Source: Candidatus Poribacteria bacterium (GTDB taxonomy: Bacteria; Poribacteria; WGA-4E; UBA9662). Taken from it: 64,000 bases of DNA. The notes beneath the pieces are model-generated. The model was given only the letters and a program-made list of their open reading frames with translations. It searched no databases and was not told the origin of the DNA. The translations under genes were made by a program, and so were the position numbers. The stretch spans positions 32,001 through 96,000 of the forward strand of contig JAYZAL010000088.1 of the NCBI GenBank assembly GCA_036339735.1, in the 5' to 3' direction. How positions within the stretch are numbered: position 1 is the first letter of the stretch; each line of letters starts with the position of its first letter. This document shows positions 1-9,869 of this stretch, piece after piece.

Positions 1-1356
1 GGACTTTGTTTTTGGAAAAATCGATGGCATCTTTTTTACCAAGCTTATCCTCCAGAGGATCCTCGTCAACATTGGGGGCATGCAGTTAGTCATGATCTGA
101 TTCATTGGCAAGATTTGCCTTACGCAATCTACCCTAACCCAGAGAATTGCTGTTTTTCCGGTACGACATTTGTGGAAGATGAGCGCGTGATTGCTATGTA
201 TCACGGCACAGAGGTTGGAAATATGGTAGCAACATCAAGTGATCCTCTTTTATTGAACTGGAAGAAATTGACTAACCAAGCCGTAATTCCTATCCGTTCA
301 GAGGATGGTTCTCCTTTGCCATATCGTGTCTTTGATCCTTGTATTTGGAAAAAGGAAGGGTTTTACTATTCTTTATCCGGAGGCACTTTGCCCAATGGTC
401 CTGGCGGAAAACCAACACGTGCTAACTTTCTATTTCGATCCGAAAATCTCACAAAGTGGGAGTATTTGCATCCATTTGTCGAAGACGATCAGTACACTCT
501 AGTTGGAGATGATGGTGCTTGTCCCTACTTCTGGCCAATCGGCGATCGGCACATGTTGCTATTTTTTAGCCATATGAGTGGAGGACAATACCTAATCGGC
601 GACTACGATAAGAAGAGAGATAAATTTATAGTTACCGAACATGGGAAAAACAACTTCGGACCAGTCAGCCCTTCCGGTGTGCATGCTCCATCCGCCACGC
701 CAGACGGAAAAGGTGGGGTGATCGTTTTGTACAATATGAACCCTGGTTTGCCAACCAAGGGTTGGAATCAGGTTATGACACTACCACGCCAGCTAAACTT
801 GATTGATAAAGATGAATTGAGTGTTCATCCTGCTGGGAATATAGAGTCACTTCGGTATGGTCATCAACACATTGGACAAACGACTTTGTCTGCTAACCAA
901 GAAATTGTCCTAGACCAAATTCACGGAAACGCCATGGAAATAGTGGCAGAAATCGATGTTGGCAATGCACCAATGGTTGAAATGAACATCTTGCGTTCGC
1001 CTAACAAAGAAGAATACACTCGAATTTCCTTCTATGGTAATCGAGGTTATCGAGATCGGATTCGAGGACATGGGAGTTGGTTAACGATTGATTCGTCCTA
1101 TTCTTCGATCCTACCATCTGCTCGCTCTCGAGCACCGGAGAGCGGACAAGTTTTCCTTGCCGACAAAGAAACTCTTCAATTACGTGTCTTTATCGATCGA
1201 AGCATAGTTGAAGTCTTCGTTAATAATAAGCAATGCGTCGCCATGCGAGTATACCCGGGTCGAGTTGACAGTTTAGGTGTTTCACTTCGCTCACAAGGCC
1301 AAGACAGCTTGCTTAAATCAATGGATGCTTGGCAAATGCGAAATATCTACCGCTAA
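1..1356 (+). CDS. Glycoside hydrolase family 32 (beta-fructosidase-like), 5'-truncated by the window edge
   Basis: Frame is open from base 1 (GLCFWKNRWHLFYQAYPPEDPRQHWGHAVSHDLIHW). WHLFYQ and WGHAVSxDLxHW motifs, FSG, FDP at the RDP position, C-terminal LRVFIDRSIVEVF sandwich motif. The usual EC motif reads AC, so activity is uncertain. Confidence 0.85.
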   Translation, partial: GLCFWKNRWHLFYQAYPPEDPRQHWGHAVSHDLIHWQDLPYAIYPNPENCCFSGTTFVEDERVIAMYHGTEVGNMVATSSDPLLLNWKKLTNQAVIPIRSEDGSPLPYRVFDPCIWKKEGFYYSLSGGTLPNGPGGKPTRANFLFRSENLTKWEYLHPFVEDDQYTLVGDDGACPYFWPIGDRHMLLFFSHMSGGQYLIGDYDKKRDKFIVTEHGKNNFGPVSPSGVHAPSATPDGKGGVIVLYNMNPGLPTKGWNQVMTLPRQLNLIDKDELSVHPAGNIESLRYGHQHIGQTTLSANQEIVLDQIHGNAMEIVAEIDVGNAPMVEMNILRSPNKEEYTRISFYGNRGYRDRIRGHGSWLTIDSSYSSILPSARSRAPESGQVFLADKETLQLRVFIDRSIVEVFVNNKQCVAMRVYPGRVDSLGVSLRSQGQDSLLKSMDAWQMRNIYR

Positions 1357-1383
1357 GTGGTTCATAGTAAAATTAATTCCCGA

Positions 1384-4300
1384 TCACTGACCTAGCCGGG
1401 TCAGGGCTTGTCGGTAGATGCTCACAAGGTCGTCATCCGGGTTCCTAGTCAAAACGGATTGTAGCTTGGCAATCAATTTTTCGTTAGGAGCCGGTTGGCC
1501 CTGCATGTTTGGCACCAAGAGTTGTTCCGGAAAAACTAGGAGTCGTAGTGCGTGCCTTCTTTGCCTGAGATCATCATCCTTTTGTATAGATTCTCCTTTG
1601 TTTGGTGCCAAGCGATTTACTAGAAACTCAGACGTATAGTCCTTGAAATCTTTGAGTAGCTCAATACTATTTTTATATTGATCAAGTAAGGTTGCAATGT
1701 TCTTTCTTTGCAGCAAATCTGTCACTACTTTGTATGTTCTGTCATTATGCTGTCGATTGATTTCCGGTGAAGATAGAATCAAATTCTCCAGTTCTGTTCG
1801 TTGCTCTTCGGTCAAGATGAACAAACTCTCAATTGTCATTTTAGGTTTAATAGCGATAACGTTTCCCCATACTCTGACAGCCATCAAGTTTATGTCAATC
1901 TGACCGGACAGTTTGGTAATCTGTTTTTGGATTTCGAATCGATCAGGATTATCCTTCCCTGCTTCTATGAGCTTTTCGTTCAATTTTCGGATTTCCTGCT
2001 GATACCTACCGATTTGTTTCTCATCTAGCATTCTTCCGATGACAACAGGTACAACATCTTTCCAAGCATTAAGGCCCGTTTTATTATTGCGAAAATTGGT
2101 GATGATTTGCCCCATCAGATTCAATGCATGCTGACGATCGTCGGCATTAATGGGCCGACCTAAGCTTTCTTCATGTCCTTCTATTATTAACTTTAGAAAA
2201 TCAAATGTGTTTTTCCAATCGGTCGATTGAAAAATTTTGACCGTTTCACTTTGGGAATCTAGTTTTCTCGAGAGAGTAAATAAAGGTGGATATAAGTGTT
2301 GTCGCCAAGTATCTTGAGATGAGTTTCTAGCTGCTCGCGCTAATATTCTGGCAGCATTAATTAGTACACGGCTATCTATATTTGGGGGTAATCCGCTAAT
2401 TGTATCCAAATACTGAAGAACTCGTTCTTTAGTTGGGATTTGGGGTAATACCATAAAGTTAGGTTCTTTGTTTTTTTCGGAATGAGCGTTATATAATAAT
2501 CCTTTTAGAAGACCAAGCGCTAAATCATCCTTTGTCTCCAAGTCTTTTTTTACGACACTGGATAAGGTTTTTTTTGCAGCGGCATCTACTAAAGGCATTG
2601 CATTAGTAGTTAATTGCACCAGATCCACTACAATTCTCTGGCTCAAATCTCGATTTGTGTTCTGACCGGAAGTATTCAATCTCAGCGCAGAAATTGAATC
2701 AACTAATGCAGTAGCCGCAGCTATTCTCACACTTACGTCTTCTCTATCTCTCTGCAGATATTCTAGCAGTATTTCAACTGTACCAGCAGGATCTATATGA
2801 GGTAATGCAGCTAAAATTGCACACTGAATATTTTCGTTACTCATTTCTAATGCTTCAAGCAAAGCTGTTAGCGATTGTTTCGCGTTATTTCCTTGCTGAG
2901 CCAAAATTTGAATCGCCAATTCCTGGTTTGGTTTGTCTTGTAGAACAATTAAAGATATTTGGTTGATCGTAGTTGGATAAAATTCATCACCGTCCATCAT
3001 TTTATCCAAACATAAAAGGCTGTTTTTTCGGATAGAAGCACTTGTATGACTGAGTCGCCTAGTTATCTCTAATACTATGGATTCAAACTCAGTTTCGCTC
3101 ATAATGCTTCTGACATTAGGACCAATTTTAGCCATTGAGGATAATGAAGCACTTAGGCCAATAAAATTGTTTTTTTGGATCTGATGATGAAGTGTATCTA
3201 TAATCTTTCGAATTTCGGGCGATGAGGGTTGGTTAATCGAGACGACATCGTCATCTAGTTGATCATTCAACCTAAAATAGACACCTAACGAGGAGACTTT
3301 CGAACGATCTAATGGATGTATTTGACAAACAAGATTTCTATTTGCAGAATGATCAAAGATAGACCAAGACATGTTATTTTTTTGTACAGTTGGGTTCTTA
3401 GGTAATTGTAAACCCATCAACTTAAATTGACCATCCAGTTGTGAATCATCAAAACTTTTTTTGTCGCCACTTCTAATTCCATCTAATTCTTCACTAAAAT
3501 TGTTCTTTTTGAGCAGGATATAGGGTGCCAGATTATTTTGCTTATTTTGCTTTTGTATTTGGAAAAGATCTTTCCCTTGAGAGTCAGGTATCGACCATAC
3601 TTGACCACGTTGTCGAACTTGGACTTGAGCGTTTAATGGGATTTTGTCGCCAGAATTCTCTAGTTTTTTTCTAAATTGATCCGAAAGTTGAGTTGGGAAA
3701 TCTAACGATTCAAAATCTTTAGGTATATCTGTACTTCCAAGGTCCATCGAAACAATCATATCAGGTAAACAGAAAACTCTATACTCATTGTTCATTATCT
3801 GCCCAACGGCTGCGGTGACAATTGGTTGTAGTTTGTCACTTTCCTGTCCCAAGGAATGAAGTGTATCTAGGTAAACAGAAGATGGGTGCCCAATTTCCCC
3901 CAAAGCCATTATAGTGTAAAACCCCAATTGTTCTTCTACCTTCGTTAGTTGTGCAAAATTAGATATCAGGCTGAAACGCTGGCTGAGTGGAGTAACTGCT
4001 AAATTTTCAAAATCGTATGGCAGTGGCAGTGGCAGTGGCATACGATTTTCATCAGACAGATTTGGAATGAGATCTGTGTTGGGTTGAGTAAAAGATTTGA
4101 AAGATTTCGCTATGGTCTGGCAGACACGACTGTCAGGATCCACCATGTTACTAAGCAGAAATGATAAAATTAGTTTTTTGTCCCTGATGGGGGTTTCCCG
4201 TTGCTGGACCATTTTTGATAAAACAAGTACGATGTTACGCCTTATTTCCGCATCAGGACAAAGTTCAAAAACCCCAATTGATGCGTTTGGCGAAAAGTTC

Positions 4301-5523
4301 ACTGGTGTTGGGCGTCCCACTGGTCTTTGAAAGTCCCCAGATTGATAAAGTATAAAATACCTCCGCTTTTTTTTTGAGGAAGCGGAGGTGGTTTTAATAA
4401 CTTCAGAATTAGTCAGCATCCAAGAGGTTGATTGTATTTGATTGTCGTTAATAATAGGGATAGATGAAACGCTATCGTCACCAGACAACTGAATCCCTTC
4501 TTTTTTAAAAGCCAAAAATAATTGAGGATCAAGACTACTTCTGAAAACATCCAGCCCATCATCTCTACCTTCTGAAATTCTATATATTTGATTACTTTCA
4601 GGGTCAATAATTTTCCATTTTTTCCCTTGTTTGATGATGTGCACATCTGCTTCTGGTGATATCTTTAGACCACTAAGTTCTAAACGCTGTCTTAGGTTAT
4701 TTGCTTCACTCACCTTCCTATACCCATCTAAGTCAATGCTATATTTATCTGGTAAGCTTATCAATCTGACTCCATCGCTTCTTGTTAATTTGTCCTGAAG
4801 ATCTTTCGACAGATAAAACTTGAAGCCTTTGAACAATTTCATCAACTCGCTAATAATTTCTTGTTTTTGCTCAGCGGATAACTTTATTTTAGCTAAAGCC
4901 AATATCACTTCAAGTTGAACCAATCGATTTGTTGTTTTCATGGCTTCTTTCAGATCAGAAACGAACTTTTCGTCTTGTGTATGAAAGTTTAGCTCACCTA
5001 ATGCATAGGCTATGTTCTGTCGGACTACTGGTTCTGGGTGATTAAGAAGTTGGTAGGTAAAGGATAAATCATGATATTTAGATAATGCTGATAGTGCATG
5101 CATTCTGATACTAGCCTGACTGACAGATAATGCATAGATCAAAGACTCCTTAATAGGGGATAATTCGACAGTAGGACCCACGGTTACTTTCTGCTGGTCG
5201 ATGAGTTTTTGCTTCTCGATAAGTAAGTTCATGATTTGCTCGATCTGCACCTGAATTTCCCGAACCATTTGCTTTCTCAACATGTGATCTTGGTCAACTG
5301 TTAAGAATAATTTGCGAATGAATTCGTGGTCTTTCGTGTTTAATTCTATTTCCTGGAGTTTTTCCATAGCTAAAGCACGCGTGGACAAATCGGGTGAGGA
5401 TAATTTCTTTAATAGAAAAACTGAATCTTGAGCGGTAATTACAGTCGAAAATAGAATAAAAAAAAGAAAGTAGGTAAGAGGTCTACAGCCACCCGCCAGT
5501 TGATTTGATTTTAGTTGGCACAT
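1384..5523 (-). CDS. Large exported HEAT-repeat protein with interspersed non-HEAT repeat modules
   Basis: HEAT-like units (LNHPEPVVRQNIAYALGEL, DPDSRVCQTIAKSF, EDVSVRIAAATAL). Probable start ATG 5523, just after the ackA stop, followed by a hydrophobic signal (YFLFFILFSTVITAQD). The ORF-track start at 5670 overlaps ackA. Confidence 0.7.
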   Translation of the reverse strand: MCQLKSNQLAGGCRPLTYFLFFILFSTVITAQDSVFLLKKLSSPDLSTRALAMEKLQEIELNTKDHEFIRKLFLTVDQDHMLRKQMVREIQVQIEQIMNLLIEKQKLIDQQKVTVGPTVELSPIKESLIYALSVSQASIRMHALSALSKYHDLSFTYQLLNHPEPVVRQNIAYALGELNFHTQDEKFVSDLKEAMKTTNRLVQLEVILALAKIKLSAEQKQEIISELMKLFKGFKFYLSKDLQDKLTRSDGVRLISLPDKYSIDLDGYRKVSEANNLRQRLELSGLKISPEADVHIIKQGKKWKIIDPESNQIYRISEGRDDGLDVFRSSLDPQLFLAFKKEGIQLSGDDSVSSIPIINDNQIQSTSWMLTNSEVIKTTSASSKKKRRYFILYQSGDFQRPVGRPTPVNFSPNASIGVFELCPDAEIRRNIVLVLSKMVQQRETPIRDKKLILSFLLSNMVDPDSRVCQTIAKSFKSFTQPNTDLIPNLSDENRMPLPLPLPYDFENLAVTPLSQRFSLISNFAQLTKVEEQLGFYTIMALGEIGHPSSVYLDTLHSLGQESDKLQPIVTAAVGQIMNNEYRVFCLPDMIVSMDLGSTDIPKDFESLDFPTQLSDQFRKKLENSGDKIPLNAQVQVRQRGQVWSIPDSQGKDLFQIQKQNKQNNLAPYILLKKNNFSEELDGIRSGDKKSFDDSQLDGQFKLMGLQLPKNPTVQKNNMSWSIFDHSANRNLVCQIHPLDRSKVSSLGVYFRLNDQLDDDVVSINQPSSPEIRKIIDTLHHQIQKNNFIGLSASLSSMAKIGPNVRSIMSETEFESIVLEITRRLSHTSASIRKNSLLCLDKMMDGDEFYPTTINQISLIVLQDKPNQELAIQILAQQGNNAKQSLTALLEALEMSNENIQCAILAALPHIDPAGTVEILLEYLQRDREDVSVRIAAATALVDSISALRLNTSGQNTNRDLSQRIVVDLVQLTTNAMPLVDAAAKKTLSSVVKKDLETKDDLALGLLKGLLYNAHSEKNKEPNFMVLPQIPTKERVLQYLDTISGLPPNIDSRVLINAARILARAARNSSQDTWRQHLYPPLFTLSRKLDSQSETVKIFQSTDWKNTFDFLKLIIEGHEESLGRPINADDRQHALNLMGQIITNFRNNKTGLNAWKDVVPVVIGRMLDEKQIGRYQQEIRKLNEKLIEAGKDNPDRFEIQKQITKLSGQIDINLMAVRVWGNVIAIKPKMTIESLFILTEEQRTELENLILSSPEINRQHNDRTYKVVTDLLQRKNIATLLDQYKNSIELLKDFKDYTSEFLVNRLAPNKGESIQKDDDLRQRRHALRLLVFPEQLLVPNMQGQPAPNEKLIAKLQSVLTRNPDDDLVSIYRQALTRLGQ

Positions 5524-5530
5524 CGACAGG

Positions 5531-6964
5531 CTAAGATGAATCGGTATTTTTATTATCGTAAACGGACAGCCAAGCATGAGGTGCAACCAGTTTCTCCCCG
5601 TCCGCTTGTTTATTCTGAGGAGGTTTTTTATCCGTTTTGTCAGTTGCAACCAACTTTGATGGTTGGCCAATAGATTTCTTCACTTCTGTTTGTTCTTTTT
5701 CTTCGACCAGAGAAATTAACCGTTCAAACTCTGCCAAAGGATTGGGCGGGTCAGGTATAGTTTGCAATAATTGGAGCGTGCCGCGGGCTATCATTAATTC
5801 TTCATTGGTTGGAATTACCAGTATTTTAACATCTGATTCTTGAGAGTTAATTGATTGTTCTCGCCCTTTTATCCTATTTTGCTGCTCGTTGACTTTTATC
5901 CCTATAAACCCAAGTTTCTCGCAAATTTTGCTCCGAATTCGAGGCGAGTTTTCGCCGATACCACCGGTAAAAATTAAAACATTGACTCCACCTAATGTTG
6001 CTACATACTGACCGATATATTGGGTGACACGATGGCAAAACATATTAAGCGCTAGTAGCGTTCGTTCAGGTGTATCTTGTTCGCCAGATAGCTGGTTTAG
6101 GAGGTCTCGTACATCAGAACTTACTCCAGAAATGCCCAATAACCCACTTTTATCGTTCAGTAGTGTCATTACTTGTTCTATCGTCATATTATGTTGTGAA
6201 ACCAGTTGGAAAATCAGACTAGGATCTATATCACCACAACGCGTGCCCATCATCAATCCTGCTAAAGGAGTAATTCCCATACTTGTATCAACAGATAATC
6301 CACCATCAATGGCTGTGACACTTGCTCCACTACCTAAGTGACAAGAGATTATCTTGAGAGATTCAATTGAGCAGTCCAAGATCTCAGCGGCACGTGTCGA
6401 AACATAAGAATGTGAGGTGCCATGAAAACCATACTTTCTGATGTGGTGATGTTGATAAAAGTGATAGGGGATGGGGTAAAGGTGAGCATAAGGAGGAATC
6501 GTTTGGTGAAAAGCCGTGTCAAAAATAGCAACTTGTGGCATTTCATTCAAAAGACTGGCTATTGATCGGATTCCCTGCAGATTGAATGGGTTATGCAGTG
6601 GTGCTAAGTCCGACAACTTCTCTATGAGTGCTTCTACCGAAGGCACAACTAGGGCTGCTGAAGAAAAGTGGTGCCCCCCGTGGACTACTCGGTGCCCTAC
6701 GGCCGTAATTACTTCCAGATCATCGATAATTCCATGTCTCGTGTCGGTTAGTGTTGCACAAATGAGAGGGAAATATTTTTGGTAGCTCTGAGCCTCTAGC
6801 TCTAGCTCGTAACTAATACCATCGTGTCTTTGGTAGGTTAGCTTTGGATGGGAAGAATTGATCCGATCAATTTGTCCTTTCGCCAAACTAACCTCACCCA
6901 CCATTTCAAAACATTGATACTTAATTGAGGAACTGCCTGCATTAATCGTAAGAATGATCGGCAT
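5531..6964 (-). CDS. ackA: Acetate kinase with ~75-aa C-terminal extension
   Basis: INAGSSSIK, VGHRVVHGG, APLHNP, FDTAFH, YGFHGTSH, FTGGIGEN and IPTNEELMIA motifs. Confidence 0.95.
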   Translation of the reverse strand: MPIILTINAGSSSIKYQCFEMVGEVSLAKGQIDRINSSHPKLTYQRHDGISYELELEAQSYQKYFPLICATLTDTRHGIIDDLEVITAVGHRVVHGGHHFSSAALVVPSVEALIEKLSDLAPLHNPFNLQGIRSIASLLNEMPQVAIFDTAFHQTIPPYAHLYPIPYHFYQHHHIRKYGFHGTSHSYVSTRAAEILDCSIESLKIISCHLGSGASVTAIDGGLSVDTSMGITPLAGLMMGTRCGDIDPSLIFQLVSQHNMTIEQVMTLLNDKSGLLGISGVSSDVRDLLNQLSGEQDTPERTLLALNMFCHRVTQYIGQYVATLGGVNVLIFTGGIGENSPRIRSKICEKLGFIGIKVNEQQNRIKGREQSINSQESDVKILVIPTNEELMIARGTLQLLQTIPDPPNPLAEFERLISLVEEKEQTEVKKSIGQPSKLVATDKTDKKPPQNKQADGEKLVAPHAWLSVYDNKNTDSS

Positions 6965-7006
6965 CTAGATCCTAACCTGTTAAACAACATCTCGATTCTA
7001 CAAAAA

Positions 7007-8227
7007 TTAGAAACCCATCAGGCCACAACAACGACGACAAACGGGCATGACTCCCTCACGACTGATCGATTGACGGAATTTGACTGCAGCTTCGTTATTC
7101 CACATGTCTTCCACTTTATCCTTTTGAATATTTCCAATTATATAGTCGTGGTAATCGCGACAGAGACTGACGTCGCCATTGCTATCAATTTCTAATGTCA
7201 TATATATGCTAACACACTGATTGTAACCAAAGGTTTCAGTGTGGTCTTTATAATAGGTATTGATGTCTTTTTTTGTTGTTAACTCTGGCATCATCATAGG
7301 AGGACATCTACCCTCTTCCGCGGATAGATCAAGCATTTCTTGATACTTATCCAAGATGACACCGTGGTCAAAATTATTCCAATCCCCAATCCATCCGTAA
7401 TGGGTTTGTGGTTTTTTGCCAAATCGTCTTTCGTAATCTTTTGAGTGTTCGATGGCAGAAGCCTGATCAATCCACCAAGTGAGGTAAAGAATTTGAGCAT
7501 CTGCATATTCACTGGTGAATTTGTACAGATCAACCACATAATCTATATTATAGGAGGTAATGCAACTCAGAGGAACTATGTATGGGAATAATGTGCCTCG
7601 GTCTTCTTTTTCTGTTTTGACGTTACTCAGGGCTGCTTGAACGTCTTTGAAATTACTGTATTTACCTGAGACCGCAGGTCTTTGTGTGTCATGGATTTCG
7701 GCATTTGGTCCATCGACACTGAGATACAGAATTGTGCAAGTGTCGACAATTTCCTTGGCAAGACTGCCAATTTTAGTACCATTGCTGACCATCGAAATTG
7801 GCATTCCCTTTTCTTTGATGTAGTAGAGAAGATCAACCATACCCGGATACATCATCGGCTCTCCACCCCAAATATACCAAACGGGCTTCCATCCCTTATC
7901 GGCAATTTGATCTACCAAGTCTTTGTAAGTTTCGAGTGGTACTTCACGAGCTTTCAGTTCTTTTAGGCTAGTGCCATGCAAATAACCGTTATCACCCCAC
8001 TGACCACAAGTGTGACAGCGAAGATTACACATGTCCGTAATACGGATACTAACCAGCTCAATACCATCGCCTCTTCCATGCGTTGCCCCAAACGGGTGTC
8101 TCAAGTTGAATGACTCTTTTGCCATCTGATACTTGAAGAGGTTGAATGCATATTTCCAATTTTCTTTAGTGATAGCTGCGATCTGTTTTACAAAAAAACG
8201 AGGTGAAATTCGACTTCTAATTTGCAT
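7007..8227 (-). CDS. Radical SAM protein with SPASM/Twitch domain
   Basis: CNLRCHTC (CX3CX2C), GGEP, C-terminal C...GDVSLC...IGNI...WN...CRRCC. Confidence 0.9.
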   Translation of the reverse strand: MQIRSRISPRFFVKQIAAITKENWKYAFNLFKYQMAKESFNLRHPFGATHGRGDGIELVSIRITDMCNLRCHTCGQWGDNGYLHGTSLKELKAREVPLETYKDLVDQIADKGWKPVWYIWGGEPMMYPGMVDLLYYIKEKGMPISMVSNGTKIGSLAKEIVDTCTILYLSVDGPNAEIHDTQRPAVSGKYSNFKDVQAALSNVKTEKEDRGTLFPYIVPLSCITSYNIDYVVDLYKFTSEYADAQILYLTWWIDQASAIEHSKDYERRFGKKPQTHYGWIGDWNNFDHGVILDKYQEMLDLSAEEGRCPPMMMPELTTKKDINTYYKDHTETFGYNQCVSIYMTLEIDSNGDVSLCRDYHDYIIGNIQKDKVEDMWNNEAAVKFRQSISREGVMPVCRRCCGLMGF

Positions 8228-8331
8228 CTTCTTAAAATACCGGAAAAAGTTGGGGATATTACTTTTTTCACGGCCTCCTGCTAATATGGTAATCCAGTTT
8301 GTTTTTCAATCTACGTTTTGTTTTATTCGAG

Positions 8332-9540
8332 TCATTCATTATTTTTCACTCTTCCCACTATTTGTGATGTAGTGGCAGACAATATTTTATATCGGACTCC
8401 TCCCCAAACAATTTCTTTTCTGAACAAGGTAATTATAACATTAAAGGCGGCGACGATGGATGAAAGAGGAGCGAAAATAGATGATCGATGAATGTTTCTT
8501 TGAACTTCTGATTGTGACCTTAACCATTCAGGCAATATGCGCAGCGATATTCGATAACATTGAATTTCGAAGAATGGGACTAAAAAAACAAGAGATAATG
8601 GGACTGGGTCAAGCCAAAAAATGCTCGGCAAAGCAAAAAGCAAGATCACATTTTTGGGGACAGAGCCTAGAAATGTAGCTAACCAAGCCTTACGGTGCCC
8701 CATCCAAAATGTCATTATCATTTGACGGTTGGTGAACTCCAAGACTTGACTCCATGTACGCATTTCAGGTCGATTGATGGTAATACAATCAGGAACAAAA
8801 TGGATTTTTTGTTCCTGATCTTTGACAGCATGAGTGAGGTTGTGATCCTCAATAGTTGCGTTAGACCAGCGTTGAATAATTTTTCCAGTTTCAATTAACT
8901 TTCGCCGAATTGCGTTAGACCCTCCCCATACCATAGTCGCTGCAGGATTTGCTTGAAGAGGAATCTGGAAATTGACCCAAGCAGCTTCTGTATAGGATGC
9001 TAAACTAGCAGTTTGAGGCAAGTACAGCCTCGCTCCAACCGTTGCGCCAATTTTTTCATCCTGAAGAGGTTCAACCAAGCTTGTCAACCATGTTTCATGA
9101 ACAAACGCATCTGCATCTACAAAAGCAATAATCTCCGTTTCTGCCGGTAATTGATTGATTACTGTAATCAAATTTTGTATTTTTTGGGAGCATGAGAGCT
9201 GGTCATCTACGATATTGGGAGCAATTACGACATCAGCATTTTCAACACTTTCTGTCAATCGTTTTAAGTGGCAGTAAGAAACATCAGCATGTTTCGCTCC
9301 CATTGCATGAGTTACAAAGTGAAGTTGATAATGGCCTTGGTAATCCTGACTAAGCAATTGGAGCACATTCTTTTCTGTTTCCTGATCCCACCCGTAGTGG
9401 GGTGCTATAACGGCCACTCTTGGGTAGTAACTTCCTCGTTTTTGCTGTCGCTCTCTTGTCACATACAAAAACGAACGAAAAACCACGTAACATTCGCATA
9501 ATAGTACCAAATAACAAGTGCCAATTAAGTATAAACTCAT
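8332..9540 (-). CDS. Membrane glycosyltransferase, GT2/GT21 (ceramide glucosyltransferase/HpnI-like)
   Basis: N-terminal TM helix, KIQNL, FVDAD (DXD), WGGS, ED, RQxxxT at the QxxRW position, C-terminal TM helices and IVWGGVRY. Confidence 0.8.
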   Translation of the reverse strand: MSLYLIGTCYLVLLCECYVVFRSFLYVTRERQQKRGSYYPRVAVIAPHYGWDQETEKNVLQLLSQDYQGHYQLHFVTHAMGAKHADVSYCHLKRLTESVENADVVIAPNIVDDQLSCSQKIQNLITVINQLPAETEIIAFVDADAFVHETWLTSLVEPLQDEKIGATVGARLYLPQTASLASYTEAAWVNFQIPLQANPAATMVWGGSNAIRRKLIETGKIIQRWSNATIEDHNLTHAVKDQEQKIHFVPDCITINRPEMRTWSQVLEFTNRQMIMTFWMGHRKAWLATFLGSVPKNVILLFALPSIFWLDPVPLSLVFLVPFFEIQCYRISLRILPEWLRSQSEVQRNIHRSSIFAPLSSIVAAFNVIITLFRKEIVWGGVRYKILSATTSQIVGRVKNNE

Positions 9541-9690
9541 TGATAATTGCTCGTGATTTCACTCCACTTCATGGAAACAAAGAATCTATCATAGACTTCG
9601 ATTCCAGTCAACCTCTTTGTCAGATTTGATGCTTCATTTTTAGATATTCGGAGTCTGCTAAAATGAGACTCATATGTCGCCTTCCAATCC

Positions 9691-9720
9691 TTGACACCCC
9701 TTTATTAGCTGTGATAGAAT
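9691..9720 (+). promoter_or_regulatory. Sigma70-type promoter of the giant-permease operon
   Basis: TTGACA (9691-9696), 18-nt spacer, TAGAAT (9715-9720) preceded by an extended -10 TG. Confidence 0.6.
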
Positions 9721-9869
9721 GCCGAAGTATCGTCTTTTTTATACATATCTTTAACACTTGATTGAGATTTTATGACTATTGTACACATTCAAGTGTCAGG
9801 ATGTACGGCCTCACCGACTTTTTTCATATTCCTTTGCAATTTACAAGGCACAAGGTGGACCTGAGTTTT

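Noticed and set aside
4018-4040. (TGGCAG)n microsatellite
   Set aside because: In-frame hexamer under four copies encoding PLPLPLP, with no phase-variation effect.
5524-5670. N-terminal 49 aa of the 1428-aa ORF
   Set aside because: Overlaps ackA. ATG 5523 with a signal peptide is the better start.
8306-8308. Selenocysteine or alternative genetic code at the in-frame TGA
   Set aside because: No redox-motif context or evident SECIS, and TGA is used as a normal stop in other genes of the window.
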